Positions 1-9,210 of a stretch of 32,000 nucleotides of DNA are shown in pieces (position 1 is the first letter of the stretch; every line of letters starts with the position of its first letter). Both the position numbers and the translations under genes were made by a program. The stretch is from the NCBI RefSeq assembly GCF_900187275.1, contig NZ_LT906458.1, forward strand, positions 600,001-632,000. Reading direction: 5' to 3'. The DNA comes from Pasteurella multocida. Its GTDB lineage: Bacteria > Pseudomonadota > Gammaproteobacteria > Enterobacterales > Pasteurellaceae. Below the pieces are notes generated by a model, which saw only the letters and a list, made by a program, of their open reading frames with translations, was not told the origin of the DNA and did no database searches.

Positions 1-1
1 G

Positions 2-1075
2 GCGGAGTTAAAAGTCGGCAATCCACAGCATTTAACCACCGATGTGGGACCCGTGATTGATGAAATGGCACAAAAACGCTTATTACAACATATTGAAACC
101 ATGCGAACAGTGGCAAAAGATTGCTATCAAGTGCCAGTTGAGCCAGAAATGCAACAACAGGGAATTTTTGTCCCACCGACTTTATTTGAACTCGAAAATC
201 TTCATCATTTGAAACACGAAGTGTTCGGTCCCGTGTTACATGTGGTTCGTTTTCATGCTTCAGAATTTAATCAAGTTATTGCACAAATCAATTCTACCGG
301 CTTTGGCTTAACCAGTGGCATACACAGTCGTATTGATGAAAGCATTAATCACTGGCTTGAACAGGTTCACGCGGGGAATCTGTACGTGAATCGTAATACT
401 GTCGGTGCAGTCGTGGGGGTACAAGCCTTTGGTGGAAGAGGTTTATCTGGAACAGGACCGAAAGCGGGAGGACCGTTCTATTTGCAACGTTTAGTCCATG
501 CAAAACATTGGGCATTAACGCCATTGCATTACAATACGCCGCGTGATTTATCTGATTTAGCGGCAAAAGTGCGGTCAATTTTCACTAAATCTGAACAAGC
601 GCCTTTACTCTCGCTTATTGATCAAGTTGCGCAATGTTCGCCACTAAATACGACCTTTAGAATGCAAGGGATTACTGGGGAAGAGAATTATCTTACTTTT
701 ACACCACGTTCGTTGATTGCTATTGGGAATGGACCATTAGCACAACAAATGCAAGCGTTGATTGCCGTCGCCGCAGTGGGCGCAACTGCCGTAATCAGTA
801 AATATTCTCAGCTTGCGGCTTATGAAAAACGCTTAGCGGATTATCTGTTTGTTGCTGAAGTGGAGGAATGCGAAGAAATCAGCCAGTTGATTGTTCTCGA
901 TCCGATAACGGCTAAGCAAAAAGCCCAATATGCCGACCGTCCAGGCGCGATCTTGACCTATGTGGAGCAGCTAGATTTAGCGTTGTCCTTGTTCCCATTA
1001 CTGCATGAACAAGCGATCAGCATTAACACCACGGCAGCAGGAGGTAATGCAAGTTTAATGGCAGAAATGGATTAA
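2..1075 (+). CDS. putA: PutA C-terminal portion (proline dehydrogenase / 1-pyrroline-5-carboxylate dehydrogenase); 5' end lies outside the window
   Basis: The frame of ORF 44..1075 stays open back to nt 2 (AELKVGNPQHLTTDVGPVID). Aldehyde-dehydrogenase-type motifs EVFGPVLHVVRF, GFGLTSGIHSR and NLYVNRN..GAVVGVQAFGG.GLSGTGPKAGGP match the P5C-dehydrogenase domain of enterobacterial PutA as I recall it. Confidence 0.85.
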   Translation, partial: AELKVGNPQHLTTDVGPVIDEMAQKRLLQHIETMRTVAKDCYQVPVEPEMQQQGIFVPPTLFELENLHHLKHEVFGPVLHVVRFHASEFNQVIAQINSTGFGLTSGIHSRIDESINHWLEQVHAGNLYVNRNTVGAVVGVQAFGGRGLSGTGPKAGGPFYLQRLVHAKHWALTPLHYNTPRDLSDLAAKVRSIFTKSEQAPLLSLIDQVAQCSPLNTTFRMQGITGEENYLTFTPRSLIAIGNGPLAQQMQALIAVAAVGATAVISKYSQLAAYEKRLADYLFVAEVEECEEISQLIVLDPITAKQKAQYADRPGAILTYVEQLDLALSLFPLLHEQAISINTTAAGGNASLMAEMD

Positions 1076-1100
1076 TCAAGACGGCTTTTATTGTGCAAAA

Positions 1101-1125
1101 AGTGGGTGCGATGCCCACTTTTTTA
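1101..1125 (+). terminator. Rho-independent terminator after putA
   Basis: Stem agtggg (1101-1106) pairs with cccact (1114-1119) around a 7-nt loop, followed by a T6 run. Confidence 0.7.
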
Positions 1126-1169
1126 TTGTATATATAGCTCACTGGTTGAAGATGAAAGGAAATAAGAAA

Positions 1170-2303
1170 ATGATCAAAGCGATAGCCTATTTGTTGGGTT
1201 TAAGTGTTTGTTTGCCCCTGTCGGTTGAGGCTAATGTTACGACAGAAAAACAGCGCTTATTGGATGAATTACAGTCTTCCATTCAGTATATGCAAGGTAT
1301 TGCGACGCGTGGCACACGAGAACCCATTGTATTTGAAGCGCTGAAACCGCATCAGGCTTTTGATCCCAAACAGGCAGAACATTTTATTGCCTTGCCTGCA
1401 CAAACAGAACATACTGTGCCAACTTTACAGACGTTTTTTACGAAAAGTGCCGTGCAACAGCGCTATCAAGCGCCTTATCATTTCTTTAATATTGCGAAAC
1501 AGGAGGATCAACTCGCGACCTTATTAGGTGTTGATCAAGTCTATTTACGCAAAAATAGGGCATTTCAACCGAATTTTATCCCCACTGTAACACAAGATAT
1601 CAAGGGGAATGTCGAACATCAGATTGCGTATTTGTCTGTGCCCAAAATCGTGGCAGAACGTGAGCTTGATGGGGAGGTTCCGATCCACCATTTATCTGAT
1701 ATTGAACACGCCGTGTACGCCACTCAAACCGAACCTTATACACAAGTGGCGATTGAAAGCGAGGAACCGCTTAAACGGGTTTCTTTTAACATTGAACTGG
1801 CATTACCGCGTTTTACCACACAGCAAATAACACATTTTCCTTATGCAATAGACACTGCTTGGGGAAAAATTGAGTTTTTACAAGTGATTGGTAATGCGTT
1901 GGTTTATCGTGTGCCAGCAAACATCGCCGACAAAATGATGGTGTATGCCCTTTATCAAGATGGACGTGCATTAGCCCCGCTTGAAACACTACGTCATCCG
2001 TTACTGACTGAGGCAGAAAAAACGTATCATCATCAATTAGCGAACTTATTTACTGAAGTACATCGCTTAGTCAAGTTGGATAAAATCAAAACAGAGGCAG
2101 AAATTCGCCAATTTTTCCAATCTCGCCAACCGTTCCCGCCAGAGGTCGATGAAAAACAACAGAGACTACACATAACGAGCTATTACACAGGGGATATTGC
2201 CAACGTTGTTCTGTATCTGCCCGAACCCGCAGAAAAACACCAATTTCGTTTAGACTATTCTGTACCTCAGGTGTTGGGGGAAGAAAATGAAGAAGAAAAA
2301 TAA
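1170..2303 (+). CDS. Secreted hypothetical protein (377 aa from ATG 1170)
   Basis: ORF 1146..2303. ATG 1170 is preceded by aagga at 1156-1160 and yields a classical signal peptide, MIKAIAYLLGLSVCLPLSVEA. I recognise no family. Base composition resembles the flanking core genes. Confidence 0.65.
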   Translation: MIKAIAYLLGLSVCLPLSVEANVTTEKQRLLDELQSSIQYMQGIATRGTREPIVFEALKPHQAFDPKQAEHFIALPAQTEHTVPTLQTFFTKSAVQQRYQAPYHFFNIAKQEDQLATLLGVDQVYLRKNRAFQPNFIPTVTQDIKGNVEHQIAYLSVPKIVAERELDGEVPIHHLSDIEHAVYATQTEPYTQVAIESEEPLKRVSFNIELALPRFTTQQITHFPYAIDTAWGKIEFLQVIGNALVYRVPANIADKMMVYALYQDGRALAPLETLRHPLLTEAEKTYHHQLANLFTEVHRLVKLDKIKTEAEIRQFFQSRQPFPPEVDEKQQRLHITSYYTGDIANVVLYLPEPAEKHQFRLDYSVPQVLGEENEEEK

Positions 2304-2314
2304 AAAAACTGAAT

Positions 2315-3940
2315 ATGTATGCTTATAAATTTATAAGGAAATTAAAAATGATAAATTGGAAATGTTTAATTAAAGCTACTTTTATTGAAAAATTCAAAGA
2401 ATATAAAGCTGCTTTTATTGAAAAATTCAAACAACATAAAGCTAATCTTTTTAGCAAACCAAATGAAGAACAAGTTCTTATTATTGGATTATTTTCTTTT
2501 CTCTTAGCAATTATTTTTATTATATTATTTATTTGGTTCTTGCCTGAAGATCTTGAAGGTGTAAATGGAATTTGGACATTAATAACCGCTATCATTTCTT
2601 CACCTATTCTTTATTTGATATGGCGGTTTAGAGATCAAAATGCCACTAGACAAATCGAAAACCAACGTAAAGACATTAATCTAAAAGAATTTCAAAAAAT
2701 TGCCGAATGGGTGAGTGGCTTACATTTGATTGAAGATGAAGTGACAGAAAAAATAGCTAACCAACCTCAACAAGAAACAACAAGAAAATATACACAACAA
2801 GCTGAGAATTTATCTATTCCCACTTTTAGCAAAAAAGACGGTGCGGTAGGCTTACAAATTGCGGCAATTTATAATTTATTGCCTTTTTATCGTGGGGAGC
2901 ATGGTGAAAGTTTTAAAAAGCCCGCATTGAATTTATTGCTTTCTGCTTGGTTAGCGTTGCAACAGAAAGAGGTCAAAATTTTAGAGAGTTTAGATATTTG
3001 GGCAGATTCGGAAAAATTTGAGACTACCGTTGATAAAATCAAAAAAAATGGACAAAGTCCTATCGGCATTGCGATCACGCAAGTATTACTTGCTGATGGG
3101 GGAAAATATTTAGTGCAATTCCCCGAAATTTTCCCAAACTTATGTCTCGCAGGGATGGACTTTCATCTTCCTGGCTTAGATAAAGGCGTTTTAAACATTT
3201 TTACCCAAACTAGAAATTGTCAAGGCATAATTTTAATTGGATGTAACTTGAAAAATGCAAATTTACAAATGATAGATTTTAGTTCAGCTAACTTAAATGC
3301 TACTAATTTTGAGGGGGCTTGTTTAATAGATAGTCGTTTAATCAATACTAAATTAGATTCTTCTAAACTAAATAAATCAAAATTAAATGGGGCTAAACTT
3401 GTTAACTCTAGTGTGAGATTTTCAGATTTAGAATATGTATCTTTGGAAAAAGCATTTTTGAGAAAAAATGACTTTAGTTATTCTAAACTCTTAGGAGTTA
3501 ATTTCAATGAAGCTGAGTTAAATGACATTCATTTTGAAGGTGTCATCCTTAAGAATAGTACTTTTATTTCTTCATACTTATTACATATAAACTTCTTTAA
3601 TGCTGATTTATTTAATTCTCGATTTAGACCTTCACAGTTATACAAATTAGAGTTTTCACATATTAATTTTAATGATATAGATTTAGAGATTAATGAAATA
3701 AACTTAGTACAGTTTAAATTAGATGGTTGTATTCTATTTTCAGATACGTGCAACGAAGAATATCTAGATCTTTTTAAAAAACAAGGTGGGGTTGTTTTAT
3801 ATAGAACGAACATATTTTCCCCTTCTAGAGTTTGCATAAAGAAAGATAATACCTTACTTGAATATCCAATTACTCAGCAACTTAATTTAGAACAAACCCA
3901 ACAAGAAAACCCAGATTGGGAAATTTCCATTATTGAATAA
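2315..3940 (+). CDS. Membrane-anchored pentapeptide-repeat protein (2 predicted TM helices, unknown central domain, about 200 aa of pentapeptide repeats)
   Basis: Hydrophobic segments VLIIGLFSFLLAIIFIILFIWFL and IWTLITAIISSPILYLIWRF. The C-terminal region is a run of A(D/N)LXX-type pentads (NLKNANLQMIDFSSANLNATNFEGACLIDSRLINTKLDSSKLNKSKLNGAKL...). The start could instead be ATG 2348, which has aagga upstream. Confidence 0.75.
   Translation: MYAYKFIRKLKMINWKCLIKATFIEKFKEYKAAFIEKFKQHKANLFSKPNEEQVLIIGLFSFLLAIIFIILFIWFLPEDLEGVNGIWTLITAIISSPILYLIWRFRDQNATRQIENQRKDINLKEFQKIAEWVSGLHLIEDEVTEKIANQPQQETTRKYTQQAENLSIPTFSKKDGAVGLQIAAIYNLLPFYRGEHGESFKKPALNLLLSAWLALQQKEVKILESLDIWADSEKFETTVDKIKKNGQSPIGIAITQVLLADGGKYLVQFPEIFPNLCLAGMDFHLPGLDKGVLNIFTQTRNCQGIILIGCNLKNANLQMIDFSSANLNATNFEGACLIDSRLINTKLDSSKLNKSKLNGAKLVNSSVRFSDLEYVSLEKAFLRKNDFSYSKLLGVNFNEAELNDIHFEGVILKNSTFISSYLLHINFFNADLFNSRFRPSQLYKLEFSHINFNDIDLEINEINLVQFKLDGCILFSDTCNEEYLDLFKKQGGVVLYRTNIFSPSRVCIKKDNTLLEYPITQQLNLEQTQQENPDWEISIIE
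2372..2437 (+). repeat. In-frame 33-bp tandem duplication (2 full units plus a partial third) in the N-terminus of the pentapeptide-repeat gene
   Basis: aaagctacttttattgaaaaattcaaagaatat (2372-2404) is followed by aaagctgcttttattgaaaaattcaaacaacat (2405-2437) and then aaagcta... These encode KATFIEKFKEY / KAAFIEKFKQH / KA. Confidence 0.9.
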
Positions 3941-3964
3941 CCTTATCTTTTTTTCTAAAAAAAC

Positions 3965-3990
3965 ACCGCACTTTATCACTAAAGTGCGGT
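3965..3990. terminator. Bidirectional terminator built from an inverted pair of Hin-type uptake signal sequences
   Basis: ACCGCACTT (3965-3973) and AAGTGCGGT (3982-3990) form a 10-bp stem. An A-run lies upstream and a T-run downstream. The hairpin sits between the convergent genes 2315..3940 (+) and 4010..5605 (-). Confidence 0.8.
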
Positions 3991-4009
3991 TGTTTTTTGC
4001 TAGGTTTTG

Positions 4010-5605
4010 TTAATCCGCTAACTTAGTGCCGTAGAAGTAGCTATAACCAAATGGGCTTTGTTTATAGTCTTTGACACGCAGACTTAATGCGGTATTGGTG
4101 ATGGAGTGGGCGACAGTGATCCACGGGGCTTGTTCTTTCGCGATCACTTGCGCTTGTTTGTATAGCTCAGCGCGTTCCGCTTGGTTAGATAAGCTGATTG
4201 CTTTGCTTAATAACGCGTCAAACTCTGCATTACTCCAACGGGCATAGTTACTGTTACCGATGTTTTCAGTGCCTAATAACGGGGATAAGAAGTTATCCGG
4301 ATCGCCATTATCGCCTGACCAACCGTAAGTACCCGCGGTGAGTTCACCTGCTTTGGTGCGTTTAATGTAATCCCCCCATTCATAACTGACCAATTTAGCT
4401 TTCACGCCCGCTTTTGCCCAGTCATTCTGAATCACTTCAGCCATACGACGTGGGTTCGGGTTTGAGGCACGCACCACCGGTTGCACCCAAATTTCGGTTT
4501 CAAATCCATTTGGATAACCGGCTTCGGCTAAGAGTTGTTTGGCTTTTTCAATATCAAATGGGTAGTCCTGTACATCATCGTTATAGCTCCAAATCGTTGG
4601 TGGTAGGACATTTTTCGCCATCACGCCTGCGCCTTGGTACACCACATCAATGATGGCTTTTTTATCGGTAGCATAGTTTAAAGCTTGGCGCACTTTCACA
4701 TTATCAAACGGCGCTTTTTCGGTATTAAACGCAATATAGGCAATATTTAAGCCTTCTTTTGACATCAACTGAATTTTCGGATCAGCTTTCATTTTGGCTA
4801 AATCGGCGATATTCGGGAAGTCGATCATATCACACGCACCAGATTGTAATTTGGCATAACGTGTCCCCGCATCAGGCACAATATCAAAAATCAAACGATC
4901 AATTTCGGCTTTCGGTTGCCAATAATCAGGGTTCGCGAGGAAACGGATTTTTTGTTCTAACTGATAACCTGCAAAAATAAAGGGACCCGTACCAATTGGT
5001 GTGGTATCCACTTTTTCTGGCGTGCCTGCTTTCATCATTTTATCGGCATATTCCGCAGAATAAATCGAGATGAAGTCCATACCTAAGCTCGCTAAGAAAG
5101 TCGCATCGGGCTTGGTTAAGGTGATTTTCACTGTGTAATCATCCACTTTTTCTACTGCTTGCAACAATTTTGGAAACTTCATCGCATTGAAATACGGATA
5201 AGTGCCTTTCGATACCTCGTGGTAAGGATGGGTTTTGTCCAACTGACGTTGGAAAGAGAAAATCACGTCATCGGCGTTAAATTCACGGCTCGGCTGATAG
5301 TCTTTAGTTTTGTGGAATTTCACGCCTTTACGTAAATGAAAAGTGTACGTCAATCCGTCATCGCTAATTTGCCAACTTTCTGCCAACGCAGGTTCGATAT
5401 CGGTCGATCCTCGTTTAAATTCAATCAAGCGATTGTACACTTGTTGAGAACTGGCATTATACGAAATACCTTCCATGACGAGGGCAGGGCTAAAGCTACT
5501 TGGTGCACGGCTGACGCAGTTAATAAAGGTTTTATTACTGGCTTGTGCACTGTTAAAAATCATCAATCCTGCGGCAATGAATGAGAGTTTGGTTGTCAAC
5601 TTCAT
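4010..5605 (-). CDS. dppA: Periplasmic peptide-binding protein of an ABC transporter (DppA-like, family 5 SBP)
   Basis: Signal peptide MKLTTKLSFIAAGLMIFNSAQA. Long collinear similarity to E. coli DppA as I recall it (YNRLIEFK.G.T...PALAESW..S.DG.TYTFHLRKGVKFH, GTGPF, VRQALNYA, NGDPDNF). SD AAGGAG lies 5 nt before the ATG. The symbol is by similarity only; the paralog (dppA, hbpA or sapA type) is not resolved. Confidence 0.85.
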   Translation of the reverse strand: MKLTTKLSFIAAGLMIFNSAQASNKTFINCVSRAPSSFSPALVMEGISYNASSQQVYNRLIEFKRGSTDIEPALAESWQISDDGLTYTFHLRKGVKFHKTKDYQPSREFNADDVIFSFQRQLDKTHPYHEVSKGTYPYFNAMKFPKLLQAVEKVDDYTVKITLTKPDATFLASLGMDFISIYSAEYADKMMKAGTPEKVDTTPIGTGPFIFAGYQLEQKIRFLANPDYWQPKAEIDRLIFDIVPDAGTRYAKLQSGACDMIDFPNIADLAKMKADPKIQLMSKEGLNIAYIAFNTEKAPFDNVKVRQALNYATDKKAIIDVVYQGAGVMAKNVLPPTIWSYNDDVQDYPFDIEKAKQLLAEAGYPNGFETEIWVQPVVRASNPNPRRMAEVIQNDWAKAGVKAKLVSYEWGDYIKRTKAGELTAGTYGWSGDNGDPDNFLSPLLGTENIGNSNYARWSNAEFDALLSKAISLSNQAERAELYKQAQVIAKEQAPWITVAHSITNTALSLRVKDYKQSPFGYSYFYGTKLAD

Positions 5606-5790
5606 ACAGTCTCCTTTTAAGTAAATACATCATTTCCCTGTATACTAAGCGAAATTGCTAGGATAACCCAAAGAATTTGCTGTTTTAATTTATAACAGAT
5701 TGCTATAAAAATGGCTATTTTTTGTTTGTCATTTAAGCGCTGTGATCTAATAACCTTTTGTGGATTGAGGCTTTTGAGCAAAAATCCAAA

Positions 5791-5819
5791 TCGCCAAACA
5801 AAATCAAATATGATACAAT
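5791..5819 (+). promoter_or_regulatory. Candidate thrS promoter (extended -10)
   Basis: TG-a-TACAAT at 5811-5819, with TCGCCA at 5791-5796 as the -35 element (17-bp spacer). This is a sequence-pattern call only. Confidence 0.35.
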
Positions 5820-5824
5820 TTTCG

Positions 5825-5871
5825 ACCGCACTTTTGCCTTATTCAGAGTAGGAATGAGTCTAAAGTGCGGT
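5825..5871. repeat. Inverted pair of uptake signal sequences upstream of thrS
   Basis: ACCGCACTT at 5825-5833 and AAGTGCGGT at 5863-5871, separated by 29 nt and followed by ttatttttg. Confidence 0.85.
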
Positions 5872-5900
5872 TTATTTTTGAAAAATTTTAGCAAAAACAA

Positions 5901-5921
5901 GTAACCTCTCGTATGGGTTAC
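5901..5921 (+). promoter_or_regulatory. tRNA-Thr anticodon-arm mimic in the thrS leader (candidate ThrRS translational operator)
   Basis: gtaacc (5901-5906) pairs with ggttac (5916-5921). The loop is tCUCGUAUg; a closing U-G pair would leave a 7-nt loop CUCGUAU containing a CGU anticodon flanked by U33-like and A37-like residues. The structure ends 6 nt before the SD aaagga and 19 nt before ATG 5940. Confidence 0.55.
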
Positions 5922-5939
5922 CACTGTAAAGGAAAACTT

Positions 5940-7871
5940 ATGCCAATTATTACTTTGCCTGACGGTTCACAGCGTCAGTTTGAACAACCTATTTCTGTGA
6001 TGGATGTTGCTGCCAGTATTGGTGCGGGTCTAGCGAAGGCTTGTATTGCAGGTCGTGTTAATGGCGAGCGGAAAGATGCTTGCGATCTGATTACTGAAGA
6101 CAGCAAACTAGAGATTATTACCGCAAAAGAGGAAGATGGTTTAGAAATTATTCGTCACTCTTGTGCGCACTTATTAGGTCATGCCATTAAACAGCTATTC
6201 CCAAATGTAAAAATGGCGATTGGTCCAACTATCGACAAGGGTTTTTATTATGACGTGGATCTTGATCGTTCTTTAACCCAAGAGGATTTAGATGCACTCG
6301 AAAAACGTATGCTTGAACTGGCAAAAACCAACTATGATGTGGTGAAAAAAGTGGTCAGCTGGCAAGAAGCCCGTGATACCTTTGAAGCCCGCGGCGAGCC
6401 ATACAAAATGGCAATTTTAGATGAAAACATCGATCGTTGTGATACGCCAGCGCTTTATCATCACGAAGAATACGTTGATATGTGTCGTGGTCCACACGTA
6501 CCTAATATGCGTTTTTGCCATCACTTTAAATTAATGAAAGTTGCTGGTGCATACTGGCGTGGTGACAGCAAAAATAAAATGTTACAACGTATCTACGGTA
6601 CCGCGTGGGCAGATAAAAAACAATTAAGCGAATACTTAACCCGTTTAGAAGAAGCGGCAAAACGTGACCACCGTAAAATTGGTAAAGCGTTAGATTTATA
6701 TCATATGCAAGAAGAAGCGCCGGGTATGGTGTTCTGGCACAATGACGGTTGGACAATTTTCCGTGAACTTGAAACCTTCGTGCGTACTAAATTAAAAGAA
6801 TACGATTACCAAGAAGTAAAAGGTCCATTTATGATGGATCGCGTATTATGGGAAAAAACAGGGCACTGGCAAAACTACGGTGATTTGATGTTCACCACTC
6901 AATCAGAAAACCGTGAATATGCGATTAAACCGATGAACTGCCCGGGACACGTGCAAATCTTTAATCAAGGTTTAAAATCCTACCGCGATCTACCAATTCG
7001 TATGGCGGAATTTGGTTCATGCCACCGTAACGAACCGTCAGGTTCATTGCACGGTTTAATGCGTGTACGTGGTTTCACCCAAGATGATGCGCATATTTTC
7101 TGTACGGAAGATCAAATTGAAAGTGAAGTAACGGCGTGTATCAAAATGGTTTACGACATTTACAGCACATTCGGTTTTGAAAACATTCAAGTGAAACTGT
7201 CAACCCGTCCAGAAAAACGTATTGGGGCCGATGAAATGTGGGACAGAGCCGAAGCCGGTCTTGCTGCTGCACTGTCGCACAATGGTCTTGAATATGAAAT
7301 TCAAGAAGGTGAAGGGGCATTCTATGGTCCGAAAATCGAATTTGCTTTACGTGACTGTTTAGATCGTGAATGGCAGTGCGGGACAATTCAGTTAGACTTC
7401 GCCTTACCGGGTCGCCTCAATGCGTCTTATGTGGCAGAAGATAATGATCGCCGTACTCCTGTGATGATTCACCGTGCAATTTTAGGTTCTATCGAGCGTT
7501 TCATCGGAATTATCACCGAAGAATACGCCGGTTTCTTCCCCGCATGGTTAGCGCCAACACAAGCGATCGTGATGAACATCACGGATTCACAATCTGACTA
7601 TGTGCAAAAAGTGGTGAAAACGTTATCTGATGCGGGTTTACGTGTGAAATCAGATTTACGTAATGAAAAAATCGGTTTCAAAATTCGTGAACACACCTTA
7701 CGTCGCGTACCATACATGTTAGTTTGTGGCGATAAAGAAATCGAAGCCGGCAAAGTGGCGGTGCGTACCCGTAAAGGTGCCGACCTCGGTACATTCACCA
7801 TTGAAGAATTTTTAGATATTCTGAAAAAACAAGTACGTTCTCGCGAACTGAAATTGTTAGGTGAAGAATAG
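5940..7871 (+). CDS. thrS: Threonyl-tRNA synthetase
   Basis: Near full-length similarity to E. coli ThrRS as I recall it ([12 protein letters not shown]..., [27 protein letters not shown], class II motifs [16 protein letters not shown] and [10 protein letters not shown]). I chose ATG 5940 rather than the ORF-track start 5913, because of the canonical N-terminus and the SD. Confidence 0.97.
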   Translation: MPIITLPDGSQRQFEQPISVMDVAASIGAGLAKACIAGRVNGERKDACDLITEDSKLEIITAKEEDGLEIIRHSCAHLLGHAIKQLFPNVKMAIGPTIDKGFYYDVDLDRSLTQEDLDALEKRMLELAKTNYDVVKKVVSWQEARDTFEARGEPYKMAILDENIDRCDTPALYHHEEYVDMCRGPHVPNMRFCHHFKLMKVAGAYWRGDSKNKMLQRIYGTAWADKKQLSEYLTRLEEAAKRDHRKIGKALDLYHMQEEAPGMVFWHNDGWTIFRELETFVRTKLKEYDYQEVKGPFMMDRVLWEKTGHWQNYGDLMFTTQSENREYAIKPMNCPGHVQIFNQGLKSYRDLPIRMAEFGSCHRNEPSGSLHGLMRVRGFTQDDAHIFCTEDQIESEVTACIKMVYDIYSTFGFENIQVKLSTRPEKRIGADEMWDRAEAGLAAALSHNGLEYEIQEGEGAFYGPKIEFALRDCLDREWQCGTIQLDFALPGRLNASYVAEDNDRRTPVMIHRAILGSIERFIGIITEEYAGFFPAWLAPTQAIVMNITDSQSDYVQKVVKTLSDAGLRVKSDLRNEKIGFKIREHTLRRVPYMLVCGDKEIEAGKVAVRTRKGADLGTFTIEEFLDILKKQVRSRELKLLGEE

Positions 7872-7898
7872 TTTTTCGCTTTCTTTAAGAAAACAGCA

Positions 7899-7927
7899 AA
7901 GTGCGGTCATATTTGACCGCATTTTTT
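7899..7927 (+). terminator. thrS rho-independent terminator containing a USS
   Basis: AAGTGCGGT lies at 7899-7907. Stem tgcggtca (7902-7909) pairs with tgaccgca (7914-7921) around the loop tatt, followed by T6. Confidence 0.8.
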
Positions 7928-8096
7928 ATGCGGAGAGAATAGCTGAGTAGAGAAATAAATGTTTAAAGAGAGGAAATTTTGAACATGTTTTATTGAGCTG
8001 TTTATCGTATCAACAGATTTCCTTATCAAGTCGAAACCATTCATCTTAAATTCATGGCATACTTACGTGGGGCGTATATCAATAAACCAAAATCAT

Positions 8097-8124
8097 AAAA
8101 AAGCGAGGACGCCTGAGGCGTCCT
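8097..8124 (-). terminator. Rho-independent terminator of the TauE-like gene
   Basis: aggacgcc (8106-8113) pairs with ggcgtcct (8117-8124) around a 3-nt loop. On the minus strand the hairpin is followed by cgcTTTTTT (A-run at 8097-8102 on the plus strand). Confidence 0.75.
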
Positions 8125-8179
8125 GGGTAGAGAAGTGAAAATTTTTGTTAAAACACGCGCACTTTGAAAAGCTTTGGGG

Positions 8180-8980
8180 TTATTTAAGTAAATGCGCAAT
8201 CAACATATAAGCCGCAATCGCTAATAAAATCAGTCCGAGCATTTTTCTGGCAACATCGGGGTGCAAAAGTCCGCGGATTTTCATTGAAATAAAGCTAGTA
8301 ACAAATGAGCTTAATACGACAATTGTGACAACAGAAAAATTCACATAGCCAATTTGCCAACCGTAGTCCAAATGGAATGGCGGGGTTTTGGATAAATAGC
8401 CGTACAAGCTACCTAAACCACCGATCACCATCATGTAGTTAGTATAAGGGGCGATTTGATGAGGTTTGACACTATTAAGTTGACCGATTAACGGTGCCAT
8501 AATCGACCCCCCGCCAATGCCGGTCATTCCCGCCACACCGCCGCCAAATAAACACAATCCCGCGCCTTTTAAATTTTCATGCCGTTCTGCTTGATCAGTT
8601 TTGACGATTTTAGAATGAAAAATTGTTCGTATTGCTAAGATCGTTAATACACTAATAAAGACAATCACAATCAGCGTATCGGGTAAATAAAAACTGGCTT
8701 CAAAACCTAACTGAACACCAATAATCATCCCAACAGACCAAAGCAACATGGCTTTAAAATTAATCTGAATTTTCTGTTTATAAAAATAAATAAGGTTAAT
8801 GAGAGAAGAACCAATCACGATAGTAAGCGATGTTGCTGCCACCATTTGTAAGGGGAAATCGGGAAAGAGGGTATATAAAATTGGCACCATCAATACACCA
8901 CCACCAATGCCAAAAATAGCGGACATGAAATTCGTTAGCACACCACACACAATCAGAATTAAAATTAATTGCAAGCCCAT
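8180..8980 (-). CDS. TauE/SafE (TSUP) family anion exporter, sulfite/sulfonate-exporter type
   Basis: A 266-aa polytopic membrane protein carrying the duplicated family signature: IFGIGGGVLMVPIL in the N-terminal half and MTGIGGGSIMAPLI in the C-terminal half. Confidence 0.8.
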   Translation of the reverse strand: MGLQLILILIVCGVLTNFMSAIFGIGGGVLMVPILYTLFPDFPLQMVAATSLTIVIGSSLINLIYFYKQKIQINFKAMLLWSVGMIIGVQLGFEASFYLPDTLIVIVFISVLTILAIRTIFHSKIVKTDQAERHENLKGAGLCLFGGGVAGMTGIGGGSIMAPLIGQLNSVKPHQIAPYTNYMMVIGGLGSLYGYLSKTPPFHLDYGWQIGYVNFSVVTIVVLSSFVTSFISMKIRGLLHPDVARKMLGLILLAIAAYMLIAHLLK

Positions 8981-9086
8981 AAATAAAAAGCCTCCATCTT
9001 TTTTGTTTCATTATGCCTTGAATCTGAACTGACAATTTATGATCATGCTCATATTGAAAAACATTTTTTCTTTCGCATTTAAAATT

Positions 9087-9102
9087 TGTGATCTAACTCA
9101 CC
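9087..9102. promoter_or_regulatory. CRP-family binding-site candidate in the divergent TauE / symporter intergenic region
   Basis: TGTGA-tctaac-TCACc matches 9 of 10 positions of the CRP consensus TGTGA-N6-TCACA. A TATTAT -10 candidate at 9145-9150 would place the site centre near -62, which is class I geometry. Confidence 0.5.
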
Positions 9103-9210
9103 ATGACCATATGATAAATATCATAAGCCTTCAATAACGCCTGTATTATTCTAATTACGTATCTTTTTTTAGATATTTTCATTTATTTTAATATAAGCAA
9201 GGAGGATATT

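Noticed and set aside
5733-5924. A 63-aa minus-strand ORF in the dppA-thrS intergenic region.
   Set aside because: It spans the thrS promoter, leader and USS hairpin. It has no SD, and its sequence is basic and low-complexity. Most likely it is non-coding.
5913-5939. The ORF-track start for thrS, which adds MGYHCKGKL before [12 protein letters not shown].
   Set aside because: The canonical ThrRS N-terminus begins at ATG 5940, which has a proper SD (aaagga). The extension would run through the operator-like stem-loop.
345-7801. Antisense or alternate-frame ORFs inside putA, the secreted-protein gene, the pentapeptide gene, dppA and thrS (for example 345..578, 1609..1830, 2323..2595, 2887..3078, 3529..3837, 4414..4653, 4759..4980, 5336..5584, 6526..6756, 7141..7386, 7598..7801).
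   Set aside because: They lie fully within strongly supported genes, have no convincing SD and show odd composition (Cys/Arg/His-rich or low-complexity). They are typical shadow ORFs.
8796-9035. Two 77-79-aa ORFs overlapping the 5' end of the TauE-like gene on both strands.
   Set aside because: These are shadow frames of a well-supported membrane-protein gene, with no independent signals.
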